DNA of 64,000 nucleotides. Source: the human T2T-CHM13v2.0 reference genome, Homo sapiens. The first letter of the stretch is position 1. Every line of letters begins with the position of its first letter. A model generated the notes under the pieces. That model was given only the letters and a program-made list of their open reading frames with translations. It was not told the DNA's origin and made no database searches. The stretch lies in NCBI RefSeq assembly GCF_009914755.1, contig NC_060943.1. One strand, 5' to 3'. Below are positions 13,142 to 44,459 of this stretch, in pieces. The translations under genes and the position numbers were made by a program.

Positions 13142-15680
13142 GCCTGGAACCTGGTGAGCAAGGAATGCATGGCACTAGGGGCTCAGTGACCTGGGTTCAA
13201 ATCCTACCCTGGCACCCATAGGGTCTGATAAGATGCGGTGGAAGGCAATTCTTCCTCTGAACTTCAATTTCGGACTCTGCAAAAAAGGACACAAATACCA
13301 TATAAAGCCCAAAGCACAGGGCTGGGCAGAGTATATGCTCACAGACAAAAGCCACTCCTCCAGTTTCTCCTTGACAAGACGATCTGAGGCCAAGGTTGGC
13401 CAAGGGCTCACATCACACCTCTCCCACTTCAGCTATGAGACCTCTGGGAAATCTTTGCACTTCACAGTGAGTGAAATGATTCCTCATCTGTAAAATGGTA
13501 TCACACTTCTAACTAGCTCGTAGCTCTCCATAAAATAGGCCTAACCACAGGTATGTTTTGAGACTTAAGTGAGATCACATGTACAAAAGCCCTGTCACAC
13601 GCCTGGCATGGGGTGAATGCTATAAACACTGGGCATCCACTAGCTCTGGAAATGATCTGCCTCTCTGAGATGCTGTTTTCTCATCTAAAAGGGAGAGCAT
13701 AACAACAGCGCCTACCGCTCTAGAATTCAAGTATTCAGCAAGTTTATCTATATGAAGCATTCCAAACAGTGTGTGGCCCACAGAATGCACTCAGTTACTG
13801 TCAGCCATCAATTTCATGATTACTGTTTTCACTGCCACTGTTAGCCCCATCAGGCAAACCCTCTAAAAGCTGGCAGGAGAGGACCAGAGGAACAAACCCC
13901 TAGTGGAGAAAGATTCTACAGAGTCGCCGCTGCCTCACAGACTGTGGGACCTTTCTCTCCAGGAACCACGAGCCACGGAAGCCAGTCAGCTTGGAAGTCA
14001 CTGCTGCGGACTAGGGGCAACCATCTGCCCCCTCTGACCACATCACCAGCCCAGGTCTGCTGGGTCAATCAGGGACTGCAGCCAGTCCTCTGGGAACTCC
14101 AGACCCAGAGCAAAGGCTACAGGGCAAGCCAAGGTCATGATCTGGCCTAGGGAGCAGGGACACTGGCCACAGACCTCTGGGGCTGGCTGCTCCCAGCACC
14201 AGCCCACAGACCACAATAAGACACCAGATCCATGGGGGATCTGACTGTCCCAAGCCCTTCAGAGCAGCCTTCCTCCCTGGGCCAGGCTGGGCCAGGGGCA
14301 CCCCCACTCCAAGTCCCCTTGGCCTATGCAAAGAGGAACAGCTGGGAAAACAGCTCCCGGCCTCACTGCAAGGCCAACTGTTACTGCCTTGGTGGGGAGT
14401 GTAAACATGATGTGTGACCGAGCTGGTAACTGGGAGACACAAACAGCTTCGTGGCCAGCGACAGAGGAGCATGTAGTGGTCTGCGTTGGTTCCTGGACCC
14501 TTCACATCCACTGCCAACCAAGTTCAGCCCACGAGTGAACTCCTGCTGCTTCTCTGGGAAGGTAGGAGTGGATGAAGTTGAAAAGCAGCCCATTGGAGGC
14601 TCTAGTTACTCCAGCCCAGGCGTCTTGCTGAGCCCCAAGAGGTCTCCAAATGAGAGGAAGAGGTCCTCACAATCCCAAGATCAAGATGCCCCCAGAGAGC
14701 TTCCCTGGGGGGAAGAGGTGTTCCCCCAAACACTCCTTCCTCCCAAGTTTTAACAAGCGGGTGCAGGGGCACGGCTCCTCAAATCCAAGCCCAATCCCTC
14801 TTCCTCTTCAGAATGTTAAGGCTCAGACAACTTCAGTGACTTCTAACACAGCTTTCCTCCCTCCCCTATGGAAGGAAAGAACTGTTACTGCCTGGTAAAT
14901 AATCTGAGAGGGTAATGGAATCCAGAGCAGCACCTCCATGGTCCAAAGCACCCCAGTAACCATGACGTTCCCTCCAGAGTCGTTAAGAAGTTCAATAAAG
15001 GCTGAGATCAGTGTAAACCCCCAACGCCACACACGTCAAATACAGGAAACAGAAACCCCTCCTCACCAATCGGCATCACAGTCCTCCCAAAATACGCCCC
15101 TAAAACCCACTAGGGCCTGTCCCGCCCCGTCCCAGTCCCTTAAAGATCACAAACATCACAGTCCTCTGATTTGGGTTCCCCTACGTTCTAAGCAGGGCTC
15201 CCCCAACGCCGTGGTGATATAACCCAGCCACAGTTGGGGAAGCATCCTCCCCAGAAGCCCCCACCCCTGTAAATACAGCACAGCAACGGCTTCCACAGCG
15301 CCAAAAAGGTACAGCCCTCTACACTTGATGCGGCGCGCCCCCTCGATAGCTTAGCCCGCGCACGCCAGGCTCGATCTGCCCGCCGCGCCCGAAAGGTCCA
15401 GCCCCCGGCCCGCGCACGCTGCGGCCTGCGCTCCCCGTCCCGCAAACTTGCAGCGCTCCCCCCACCGCCTCAGTGGTATGGCCCGCCGCCACCGCCCCGG
15501 CCCCCCGAGGCTGGTCCCACCGCCCCCGCTCGGCCACCCCCACTCAGCTCCTGAAGGAGGGGCTCGAGGGCCGCGGTCCCCCCGCCGGGCACGGGTGGTA
15601 CAGCCCATCGCGGCACCGCGGGGGGCCCGGACGCGACCATCGTGGGGGGGGCGTTCGGGGACACGCGCTGGCGCACTCAC

Positions 15681-15845
15681 CTGTCACCGGCAGCCGCCCA
15701 GCCTCTCCGGCGGGGCTCTACCCCCGCCCATCGCCACGCTGCGCTGGTTCCCTTTCCTTGTGTTTCCCGGCAGCGGCAACGGCGCCGGCAGCGGCAGCGG
15801 CGGCGGCGACGCCTCCTCCGAGGCAGGCCCAACGGCTAGCACGGC
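15681..15845 (-). other. AKT2: AKT2 non-coding first exon (5' UTR); TSS position approximate
   Basis: GC-rich sequence with GCC/GCT repeats inside a CpG island, ending at a consensus donor CAG|GTGAGT (intron starts at 15680 on the minus strand). The gene name is inferred from the intronic MIR641 and the neighbouring C19orf47. No AKT2 coding exon lies in the window. Confidence 0.88.
15684..15731 (-). other. Upstream ORF (MGGGRAPPERLGGCR*) in AKT2 exon 1
   Basis: GCG-ATG-G (G at -3 and +4), 15 codons, then TGA 3 nt before the splice donor. Translation is not demonstrated. Confidence 0.55.
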
Positions 15846-16600
15846 GCGGCCCCCCCCGCCCCCTCCCCCCAGCCCCCGCTTACCGCCCCCTCCCACCCTC
15901 TGGACGGAAATACCGCCCTCTCGCGCCACAAACAGGAAGTGACGTACAAAGAGCCAGAGACGAACTCTGAGAGAGCGAGAGCGCAAGAGCAGGGCAGAGA
16001 AGGAGGCGGGCTCACAGCAGGGCGCCTGCGCACATTAGACAACTTTGGGCCTGTGTGGGTTAGAGATGGGCCTCGCTAGGCCGTGGGGCGGAAAGGCGAG
16101 ATGGGGCTACGCAGGCGCACTAGGACTCCGACGTCTGCTTTCCCTAGGGCCTAGCCGTAGTGATTATTTCCCGGCAGCCCCTAGTCCGTATTTACATACG
16201 CTTTGATCTTGTTTTACTCAGTTCTGGGTTCTGACGCTCTTAAAGGACCCCGGAGCGGGAGTTAGTTAGGAGGGGTTTCCTTTTCAGTGTGCTCGTCATG
16301 GTTGAGCTCAGGCTCTGAAGCCACACAACCCCAGACTTGAATTTCCTCCTTTCTGGTGACTGTGGGCAGAAGGCTTGACCGTTTTCTGTGCCTCAGTATC
16401 CACATCTGCTAAATGGAAACAATCATCGCTGTGTCGCTGGCTTTTGAACCATTTTAATGTAAACAAAACGGTTTTTACCAATTAGTTCATTACTGCAAGA
16501 TATTAATGCCACCTGCTCTCATCGTACATATTCCAGTGAATCTGGGATATAACATTTTATAATGCAACTTGGGCCCATAAAGGCCTTAAAATCACCCTGC

Positions 16601-16931
16601 GGCCGGGCGCGGTGGCTCACTCCTGTAATCCTAGCACTTGGGGAGGCCAAGGCAGACGGATCATGAGGTCAGGAGTTCGAGACAGCCTGGCCAACATAGT
16701 GAAACCCCGTCTCTACTCAAAATACAAAAAAAAAAAAAAAAGCCGGGCATGTCGGTGTGTGCCTGTAATCCCAACTACTTGGGAGGCTTGAGGCAGGAGA
16801 ATCGCGTGAACCCGGGAGGCAGAGGTTTCAGTGAGCCGAGATCATGCCATTGCACTCCGGCCCGGGCGACAGTGCAAGTCTCCGTCTCAAAAAAAAAAAA
16901 AAAAAAGAAAAGAAAGAAAAAAGAAAAAAAA
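16601..16931 (+). repeat. Alu upstream of the AKT2 promoter
   Basis: Target-site duplication AAAATCACCCTGC/AAAATGACCCTGC. Confidence 0.93.
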
Positions 16932-17721
16932 TGACCCTGCAAGAAAAGAGCTTTGCACAGATCCTAATCCGTATATTAGCTAGTATACTGGACAGCTGTG
17001 AGACATCTGGCTCCCAGCCCCTCCTCTCTCATAGGGGATTGTGCTGCCTCCTGAATTTGGGTTCCAGTATGCCATATAACTTGGCAATTGTATGCATTGG
17101 TAAGTGAGAAAAATGCCTGACTGAGAGTTGAATCCTGGGTCCACCTCAGTCTGTGAGAGTGTTTCAGGCAAATCCTGCTGAGGGTTCGGCTTTCGTTTTC
17201 TGAGACGTAAACCTAATGCTGGAACTAGCCCTTTCTTATTTGGTTTCTAGCTTGGAACTTGCTGCTTGGTATTCCTAATTCCCGGTCTTCCCCATCAGTC
17301 GGTGTTAATAACTCTGACCAATGCCTCCCCCTTCACAGCCCTAACCATTTTCATCTATTACTGTCTGGTGACAGGTCTGTTTCCCCCACTGCACAGGAAA
17401 CACAGTAAAGGAAGAGACCAAGACTGTCTCAGAGATCAGTGTGTATCCAACATTGCCCAGAGTGGGCTCTTGCAGAATGTTTGTTTCAAGCATTAGCCCT
17501 TCTGCCCTAATCTAGACTCAAGGTTACTGTGACCAACCCTCTTCACTCCTGTCCACACTGAACAGCTCACAGGCCATTCCCCTACGTCTAAGTCTCCCCT
17601 GGGCCAACTTGAATCCTAGCCCCTCCTAGGGCACTTAATTATGACACACTGAGATCTCACTGAAACCACCCATGTGCTTGTGTATAAACTCCTTGCAGCA
17701 CTGGTAGTCAAGGGCAGTGGC

Positions 17722-24703
<6,982 letters not shown>

Positions 24704-25460
24704 TCACTTTTTACTCTAGGACTGCTTCAGCAGCAGGCTCCTGACATGCCTGACCAAACACTGGCCACAGATAAGATTTCCTACCACATTAGCCCCCCAG
24801 ATCTCTGCCTGTAGAGTCCAGCGGAAGCAAGATAGGTAAGGGTCTCTTTGTCTTTTTCCCTTTTCTAAGTTTGGATTAGCAGGAGAAAATGTGTGCGAAC
24901 TAGTTCTTGTATAATAACTCTGGTTTTTTTGTTTGGTTATTTTTTTTTTTGGTGGTGAGGGGAGGTATTATTGTTTTCTGATTCCTCCCCTCCCAGAGAT
25001 GGTCATTATTTTCCCATGTCTGTGTCTTTTGTGTTGTGTCATACAGAAGAGAATCATAGGGCAAGAACACAGGCCTCAAAGACTGGTGAGTTCACAGTTC
25101 TCTGCAAACCAATGTCTGTTCAGACTAATTTTGCTGTGGGTCCCCAAGACAAAAACCAGATGAGGTGCTCCTTGGGTCTTGTTTTATGTCCTCAGAGCTT
25201 GGCTTTTCCATCAGTGAGAACACTCTGGCCTCTGCCAGCTGAGGGTGCAAGTGTCAGCCTGTGTCAGCCAGCCAGTCAAATAGGCTGGAAGCCCACGATG
25301 CAGTGACAAGCGGCATTCTCTTTGTCCACTCGTGCCAGCTCTCAGGAGAGTTTGGTCCCAATAACTGTCCCAGTCCGTAGGGCTTTGTTGTCTCAACCTT
25401 CAATTGGACAATGCTAGGAAAGTCCAATCCCAGTAGTGCTTGCCCGGTGTCACAGATTAG

Positions 25461-25769
<309 letters not shown>

Positions 25770-26364
25770 TGATCCGCCTGCCTCAGCCTCCCAAAGTGCT
25801 GGGATGACAGGCGTGAGCCACCGTGCCCGGCCTAAACAGCTGTCTTATTGGTACCTATGGAAAGATCAAGAAGAAAAGAGGACAGAAAGGGATATAACAG
25901 CTAGTCTTAGAGACTCCTCTAACAAGATTAAAAAGCAGAAATCAGATTACTTTTTTTGTTTGTTTGAGACTGAGTCTCACTCTGTCGCCCAGGCTGGAGT
26001 GCAATAACGTGGTCTCAGCTCACTGCAACCTCCACCTCCCAGGTTCAAGCGATTCTCCCTGCCTCAGCCTCCTGAGTAGCTGACATTACAGGCGCCCACC
26101 ACCATACCCGGATAATTTTTGTATTTTTAGTAGAGATGAGGTTTCACCATGTTGGTCAGGCTGGTCTCAAACTCCTGACCTCAGGTGATCCGCCCGCCTC
26201 AGCCTCCCAAAGTGCTGGGATTACATGCATGAGCCACCGTGCCTGGCCTAGATTATTTATTTACGTATTTATTTATTGAGACAGGGTCTCGCTCTGTCAC
26301 CCAGGCTGGAGCGCAGCGTCGCAATCACCACTCACTGCAGCCTCTGCCTCCTGGACTCAAGTGA

Positions 26365-26571
<207 letters not shown>

Positions 26572-26577
26572 TAAATA

Positions 26578-27544
<967 letters not shown>

Positions 27545-27735
27545 TATGCCTAAAACTGCTAGAAATATAGGAAGTAATCCAAATGCTTTTCAAGTTCACA
27601 TGACTTGGGTACATCTTTGGTAAATAAAACTAGTTTAATATTGTTGGTTTAATGAAAATCAGCTCTGTCTTCTGACTTACAAAAAAAATTAAAACAAAAA
27701 CAAAACCCAAAAACCTTATACATGGATTTCACTTA

Positions 27736-27993
<258 letters not shown>

Positions 27994-29421
27994 TCACAAG
28001 GTCAGGAGTTCAAGATCAGCCTGGCCAAGATGGTGAAAACCTGTCTTTACTAAAAATACAAAAATTAGCTGGGCATGGTGGCGGGCATCTGTAATCCCAG
28101 CTACTCTGGAGGCTGAGGCAGAGAATTGCTTGAACCCAGGAAGCGGAGGTTGTAGTGAGGCGAGATTGCACCACTGCACTCCAGCCTGGGCAACAGAGCG
28201 AGACTCCGTCTCGGAAAAAAAAAAAAAAAAAAAAAAATTAGCTGGGCGTGGTGGCGGGCACCTGTACTCCCAGCTACTCAGAAGGCTGAGGCAGGAGAAT
28301 CGCTTGAACCTGAGAGGCGGAGGTTGCAGTGAGCTGAGATCGTGCCACTGCATTCCAGGCCGAGCGACAGAGGTGACTCCGTCTCAAAAAAAAAAAAAAA
28401 ATAGCCGGGTTTGGTGGTGCACACCTGTAATCCCAGCTACTCGGGAGGCTGAGGCAGGAGAAAGAATGGCTTGAACCCAGAGGCAGAGGCTGCAGTGAGC
28501 CGAGATAGAGTCACTACACTCCAGCTTGGGTGACAGAGTGACACTCTGTCTCAAAAAAAAAAAAAAGAATGGTGACTAGGGAAATGACTTGGGAGAGCTG
28601 ACTTTGTCTAATGTCTCATGAAACTTCCATGACTAATCTAAGCATAATTGTTAAGAACATGTGAAATAAATAAATGTAAGTAGGATCAAAGTTGATAAAT
28701 GAACTTTTCAACAACAATCGTGCTTTATGCTTTAACCCAGGAGGCGGAGGTTGCAGTGAGCTGAGATCATGCCATTGCTCTCCAGCCTGGGCTATAAGAG
28801 TGAAACATTGTCTCAAAAAAAAAAAAAAAAAAGAAAAAATAATTGTGGTTTATAAATAGCTCTTTAAAACGGTTTCCCAACCTCACTGATAACAACACCC
28901 TTGGATGGCAGATATTAATTAAATATCCAGGTCATTTCCAAATAAAACAAAATACTAAAGCATTCATTGCTGAACACAGACACAAGTTTATTTACCTTTG
29001 GCTTCTTAAAATTTATAGAAAGAAATAATATATTTGGGTCCATAGGTAAACATGTCCTGTTTCATACTGAAAAACTATTCTGCGAGAAAACACGTTTCTA
29101 GAAATTATGTGTCTTCACAAAATGTTAGCTCATGACAGTTCAAAATCGCTTACTTCCTAGGTTTCGCTGTAGAGTTGCTAAGACTTAAAATTCTCATATA
29201 TAATTATATAACTACTATAAGTGACTCTGTATGCAAAGTGTACAAGGAAAGTAAGATGTTAGTGAGGTATGAAGATGTGGGGGGGTTTTGTTGAGGAAAA
29301 ATAACTTAGTCTAGTTTATAAGTTGTTGCAGAATAAAGGAAGGAAGAAAAGATACAGGTAAAACTGAATGCATATAAAAGTTGGAAAGAGAGAATCTTTT
29401 GTGGTCAAACTGACCAAAATT

Positions 29422-29477
29422 GAGTGAATTTATTATGTCTTAAAAATGAGAGTGAATTTATTATGTCTTAAAAATGA
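29422..29477. repeat. Perfect 28-bp tandem duplication
   Basis: GAGTGAATTTATTATGTCTTAAAAATGA occurs twice in a row. Confidence 0.95.
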
Positions 29478-29990
29478 GCCCTAATATCAAGGGTACATTG
29501 ATGCAAAACTAGAATTTGGCATTATCTTTTAAAATGCAAGATTTTCTTGTAGTATTGATAAAAAAGAGTGAAAGATTTTCTTTTTCACCTTTTAAGTAAT
29601 CTGCCTTAAAAAATTATGTCTTATCAAAATAATTTTCTCTTTCATGTTATCTTTTATCAGGCCTTCAATTACTTTCCAAGAAAATAAAATCCTATTAAGA
29701 GAGCTAATATATATATTTTTACAACTATATAACTTTATTTGCCTTCAAAGCCTTTTAATAATTACCCTGGTGATTATGAAATGAATATTAATAAATATTA
29801 AATGCTCATTAAATACTTAAATCATAAAATATTAAATGATTATAAAATGAACAGTTGATTAAATAGGATCCCAGATCACTATATAATTCAATAATCACTC
29901 TGGTAACCAGACTAATTATTAGTGACCTAAATTAATAGTTACCTGAGATCCTATTAATCAAATTTTTCCTTTTTTCTTTTCTTAATTTCA

Positions 29991-30097
29991 AAAAATATGG
30001 AAGGCCTCATGAATTTGTGAGTTATCCTTGCACAGGGGCCATGCTAATCTTCTCTGCATCATTCCAACTTTAGTATATGTGCTGCCAAAGCAAGCAC
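29991..30097 (-). pseudogene. Full-length U6 snRNA retropseudogene
   Basis: Reverse complement aligns end to end with U6 (GTGCTTGCTTTGGCAGCACATATACTAAAG...AGAGAAGATTAGCATGGCCCCTG...CCATATTTT). Decayed A-rich tail at about 29962-29988, CpG-type substitutions, and ERV sequence instead of a U6 promoter upstream. Confidence 0.95.
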
Positions 30098-30337
30098 TCA
30101 TCAAGTGTTTTAAATCTTTTTTTACATTTTTGACAAACTTCCTAAAATCAAATTCTAAATTCAGTCTTTTGACCTTGAATTAACTTTGGAATTTGCCAGT
30201 TGAGCCCCTGGGAAAGCTCAAAAGATGTGTTTCTCACCTCGAAAAAGAGAGACATTAGCCAGGCACGGTGGCTCACGTCTGTAATCCCAGTACTTTGGGA
30301 GGCCGAGGCAGGTGGATCACCTGAAGTCAGGAGTTTA

Positions 30338-30604
<267 letters not shown>

Positions 30605-30776
30605 TCAAATAATAAATGATGCTAAACGTTTATATTTATGAACCCAGGGTAGGAGGTGATGAGGGTGATAAAAAACATTTTTTTAAATAAGTTATATGGC
30701 CGGGTGCAATGGCTCGTGCTTGTAATCCCAGCACTTTGGGAGGCCAGGGCAGGTGGATCACGAGGTCAGGAGTTCA

Positions 30777-31024
<248 letters not shown>

Positions 31025-31827
31025 CTAAAAATTATGAGATTCCTAGAAATCTAATGTTATAAGTCATAATTTTGTTACTATGTTAACATGATATATGCCA
31101 CAGAAATAACCAGGTTTCCTTGTCAATTGCTGGTTATAATGAACTCTCATCAGATTTTTTAACCATGGCCATTCTGTCTTGCTCATCAATAGTGTTTTGG
31201 TTCTTCTCTAAAAGCATTTGCAATCAGCTATTGCCCCAAATTGCTTCTTCAAGATTCATGGAAATGACTCTGACAAGTAGTCTGGAATAGAAGGTCCTAA
31301 TAAACTTATGATTATAACATTGGACTGGGTAAGAATTTCCAAAACTCTAGTGGAAAAACTGGACTCAGAAAACTGCTGACTCGACTAGGTGTGGTGGCTC
31401 ATGCCTGTAATACTAGCACTTTGAGAGGCCCAGGCAGGCGGTTCATTTAAGGCCAGAAGCTCGAGACCAGCCTGGCCAACATAGAGAATCCCGATCTCTA
31501 CTAAAAATACAAACAAAACAAAAAAATTAGTTGAGTGTGGTGGTGCACACCTGTAATCCCAGCTACTCCAGAGGCTGAGGCACGAGAATCGCTTGAGCCC
31601 GGGAGGTGGAGGTTACACTGAACCGAGGCACTCCAGCCTGGGTAACAGAGCGAGACTCTGTCTCAGAAAATAAAAAGAAAAAGAAACCCTGCTAACAACA
31701 TCAGGAAGAATAAGAATTACATGGGACTGAGCTGACAGATTATAATTTTTTTTTAATACCTACAGTATTATAGTGCCATAGGCATAGTTTGATGGCAAGT
31801 CCCTGGCTTCATAACCTTGAGAGGCTT

Positions 31828-31866
<39 letters not shown>

Positions 31867-32020
31867 TTCTTGAGACAGAGTCTCGCTCTGTCGCCCAGGC
31901 TGGAGTGCAGTGGCATGATCTTGGCTCACTGCAACCTCCGCCTCCCAGGTTCAAGAGATTCTTCCTGCCTCAGCCTCCCGAGTAGCTGGGATTACAGGAA
32001 CCCACCACCATGCCCAGCTA

Positions 32021-32368
<348 letters not shown>

Positions 32369-32511
32369 TTAAAAAAAAAGGTCCAATCTGGGCCAGGCAC
32401 AGTGGCTCATGCCTGTAATCCGAGCACTTTGGAAGGCCGAGGCAGGTGGATCACTTGAGGTCAGGAGTTGGAAAACAGCCTGGTCAACATGGAGAAACCC
32501 CATCTCTACTA

Positions 32512-32705
<194 letters not shown>

Positions 32706-33233
32706 TCATTATTCTTACTGCTCTTACATAAATAATCAGGCCAAGTTTAATAAGAGACCAACCTTATTTTGCAACAAATTGATATTTTTTTCCTTGAAAC
32801 AGGGTCTTGCTCTATTACCCAGGCTGGAGTACAGTGGTAGGATCACGGCTCACTGCAGCCTCCACCCCCCAGGCTCAGATGATCCTTCTGAGGTCAGCCT
32901 CCTGAGTAGTTGGGACTACAGGCATGCACGAACATGTCTAATTTTTTTGTATTTCGTGTGCCACCACGTCTGATTTTTTTGTATTTTTTATAGAGATGGG
33001 GTTTTGCCATGTTGCCCAGGCTGGTCTCCTAGACTAAAGCAATCTGCTTCTGCCTCGACTCCCAAAGTGCTGGGATTACAGGCATGAGCCACCACTCCTG
33101 GCAACAAATTGATCTCATTGTGATTGTGTCTGGCAGAAATGGGGGTGACTGTACAAAGAAAAATCATGTTTCAGAAGAAAACTATAGTGTATCCATTATT
33201 AGATTCTAGTTCATTGTTGTGGAGGGTTTGTTA

Positions 33234-33814
<581 letters not shown>

Positions 33815-33873
33815 TCACGAGGTCAGAAGATCGAGACCATCCTGGCTAACACGGTGAAACCCCATCTCTACTA

Positions 33874-34056
<183 letters not shown>

Positions 34057-34210
34057 TCATGCCTGTAATCCCAGCACTTTGGGAGGCCGAGGCAGGTGGA
34101 TCACAAGGTCATCGAGACCATCCTGGCTAACACGGTAAAACCCCGTCTCTACTAAAAATACAAAAAATTAGCCGGGCGTGGTGGCATGCGCCTGTAGTCC
34201 CAGCTACTCA

Positions 34211-34633
<423 letters not shown>

Positions 34634-34742
34634 CTAGTCCCAGGTCTCATACTATTCAAACACTAATCTGATTTTTCTGTCATCCACCACCAAATCAACT
34701 TTTAGCATGTGGAACTTCTAGAGAAGTTTCAGATAGGAGAAA

Positions 34743-35328
34743 TGAAGAAGTTCGAGAAATGCCATCCCAAAATACATCCCTTTGATAGACTGATTACTTC
34801 AAATGGAGGGAACCTGGGGAACAGCAAGGGCAGGGAGGACTTTCTTTGACCTTCCCTTATCTACCTAAACACGGATCCTCCAAAAGGAACTTCAGTGTCA
34901 CGAATCCCCTCCCCAGGAATCTTCTCAATCAGGAAAGATGAGCTCAGATCACAGGAGATGAGACTGGAGGTTGGCACCACGCCCAGATCTATTCTTCTGG
35001 GACAACTTTTCTTAACTAAGAGACTTATAATCTGCATAACAAGACAACTTTTATTCACCATACACTTCCTCCCTGCACCCTCCCATAATTTAGGTCACCA
35101 CCACCTCCTAGAAGCCGCAAGCCCCTCTTTTTTCTGTAGCTCAGGATGCTATATAAGCTTCAATCATCTGGCCCTTCTTTGAATCTCATATATTGTGGGG
35201 CTCCTGTGCATACTTACTTAATTAAAATGAGTTTTTTTCTACTGTTAATCTGCCTTATGTCAATTTAATATGTAGCCCAGTCAAAGAACCTAGAAGGGTA
35301 CAGGGAAGCCATTTTTTGCTCCCCTACA
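34743..35328 (+). mobile_element. 3' LTR (uninterrupted, 586 bp)
   Basis: TG...CA termini, TATATAA at 35150-35156, ATTAAA at 35221-35226, preceded by a purine tract. Confidence 0.88.
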
Positions 35329-35457
35329 CCAGGCACATAGTTGGGACTTGGGGATCAAAAAATATTTGTTTACCAAATGCAGTTTTGATTAGGAAGGTTA
35401 AAGCTCTGTACTAGGCTGATTTTTATTCCAGGTCTGAACTTGTCTGTTTACCGAGTT

Positions 35458-42507
<7,050 letters not shown>

Positions 42508-42584
42508 TGATATGTGCAACATTAGTTCATTTTCATTGATGTACACTATCCCACATCCAATATGTAAAACATAATGCATCCAAC

Positions 42585-43419
<835 letters not shown>

Positions 43420-43824
43420 ACTATGCCACAATCTGTCCATTCTCCAGTTGCTGGATATTTGTTTCCACATTTATGCTATTACAAACAGCACTGCTGTGAA
43501 CATTCTCATACATGTCTTTTGCATGTACGTGGAAGTTTCTCCAGGGTATATATTTGCTAGGAGAGTAACTGCTGGGTTGGAAAGTGTGTCACCTTCAACT
43601 TTACCACAACCTACCAAACTATTTTCCAAGATGGTTGGTACCAGCTTACATTCCATCAGCAAAGTATATCCTCCCATTACTCCAAATCTTCCCTAACACT
43701 TGAGACTTAAGGTTTTTGCCAGTCTACTGGGTGCACAATGGTCTTATTTCATATCCTTTTAAGGACTGGAATTTTGTACTGTTCCCATGAATTAATCCAA
43801 AATAAGTGCTTAAACCTATAGTAA

Positions 43825-44067
<243 letters not shown>

Positions 44068-44459
44068 TGAAGAGATCTGCCTGCCTTGGCCTCCCCAAGT
44101 GTTGGGATTACAGGCATGAGCCACCATGCCCAGCCCGCTTTTCCTTTTTAAGAATGATTTACACATTGGGGTTCCATATTAAGGCTTCATTTTCTAAAAG
44201 GGAGTTGTCACTGGGTATGATGGCTCATGCCTGTAATTCCTACAATTACAGGCAAGAGGCAGGAGGATCATCTGAGTCCAGGAGTTCAAGGCTGCAGTAA
44301 GCTACGATTGTGCCTCTGCAATCTGGCCTGGGTGACAGAGCAAGATCCTGTCTCCATAATCCCAGCTACTCGGGAGGCAGAGGCTGCAGTGAGATTACAC
44401 CACTGCACTCTGGCCTGGGCAACAGAGGGAGACTCTGTCTCAAAAAAAAAAAAGGTATA

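Larger units (their letters stand above)
15290..16140. promoter_or_regulatory. AKT2: CpG island / TATA-less AKT2 promoter
   Basis: Dense CpGs and very high GC. Motifs: ETS-CRE composite CAGGAAGTGACGT (15933-15945), NRF1-like GCGCCTGCGCA (16022-16032) and CGCAGGCGCA (16110-16119), GC box GGGGCGG (about 16085-16091). Confidence 0.9.

Noticed and set aside
15188-16042. Many overlapping 65-165-aa ORFs
   Set aside because: Expected from stop-codon depletion in a CpG island. Only the ATG-initiated uORF inside exon 1 was kept.
17097-17105. Plus-strand TTG|GTAAGT as the donor of a divergent lncRNA
   Set aside because: An isolated motif without a supportable exon, expected by chance in 64 kb.
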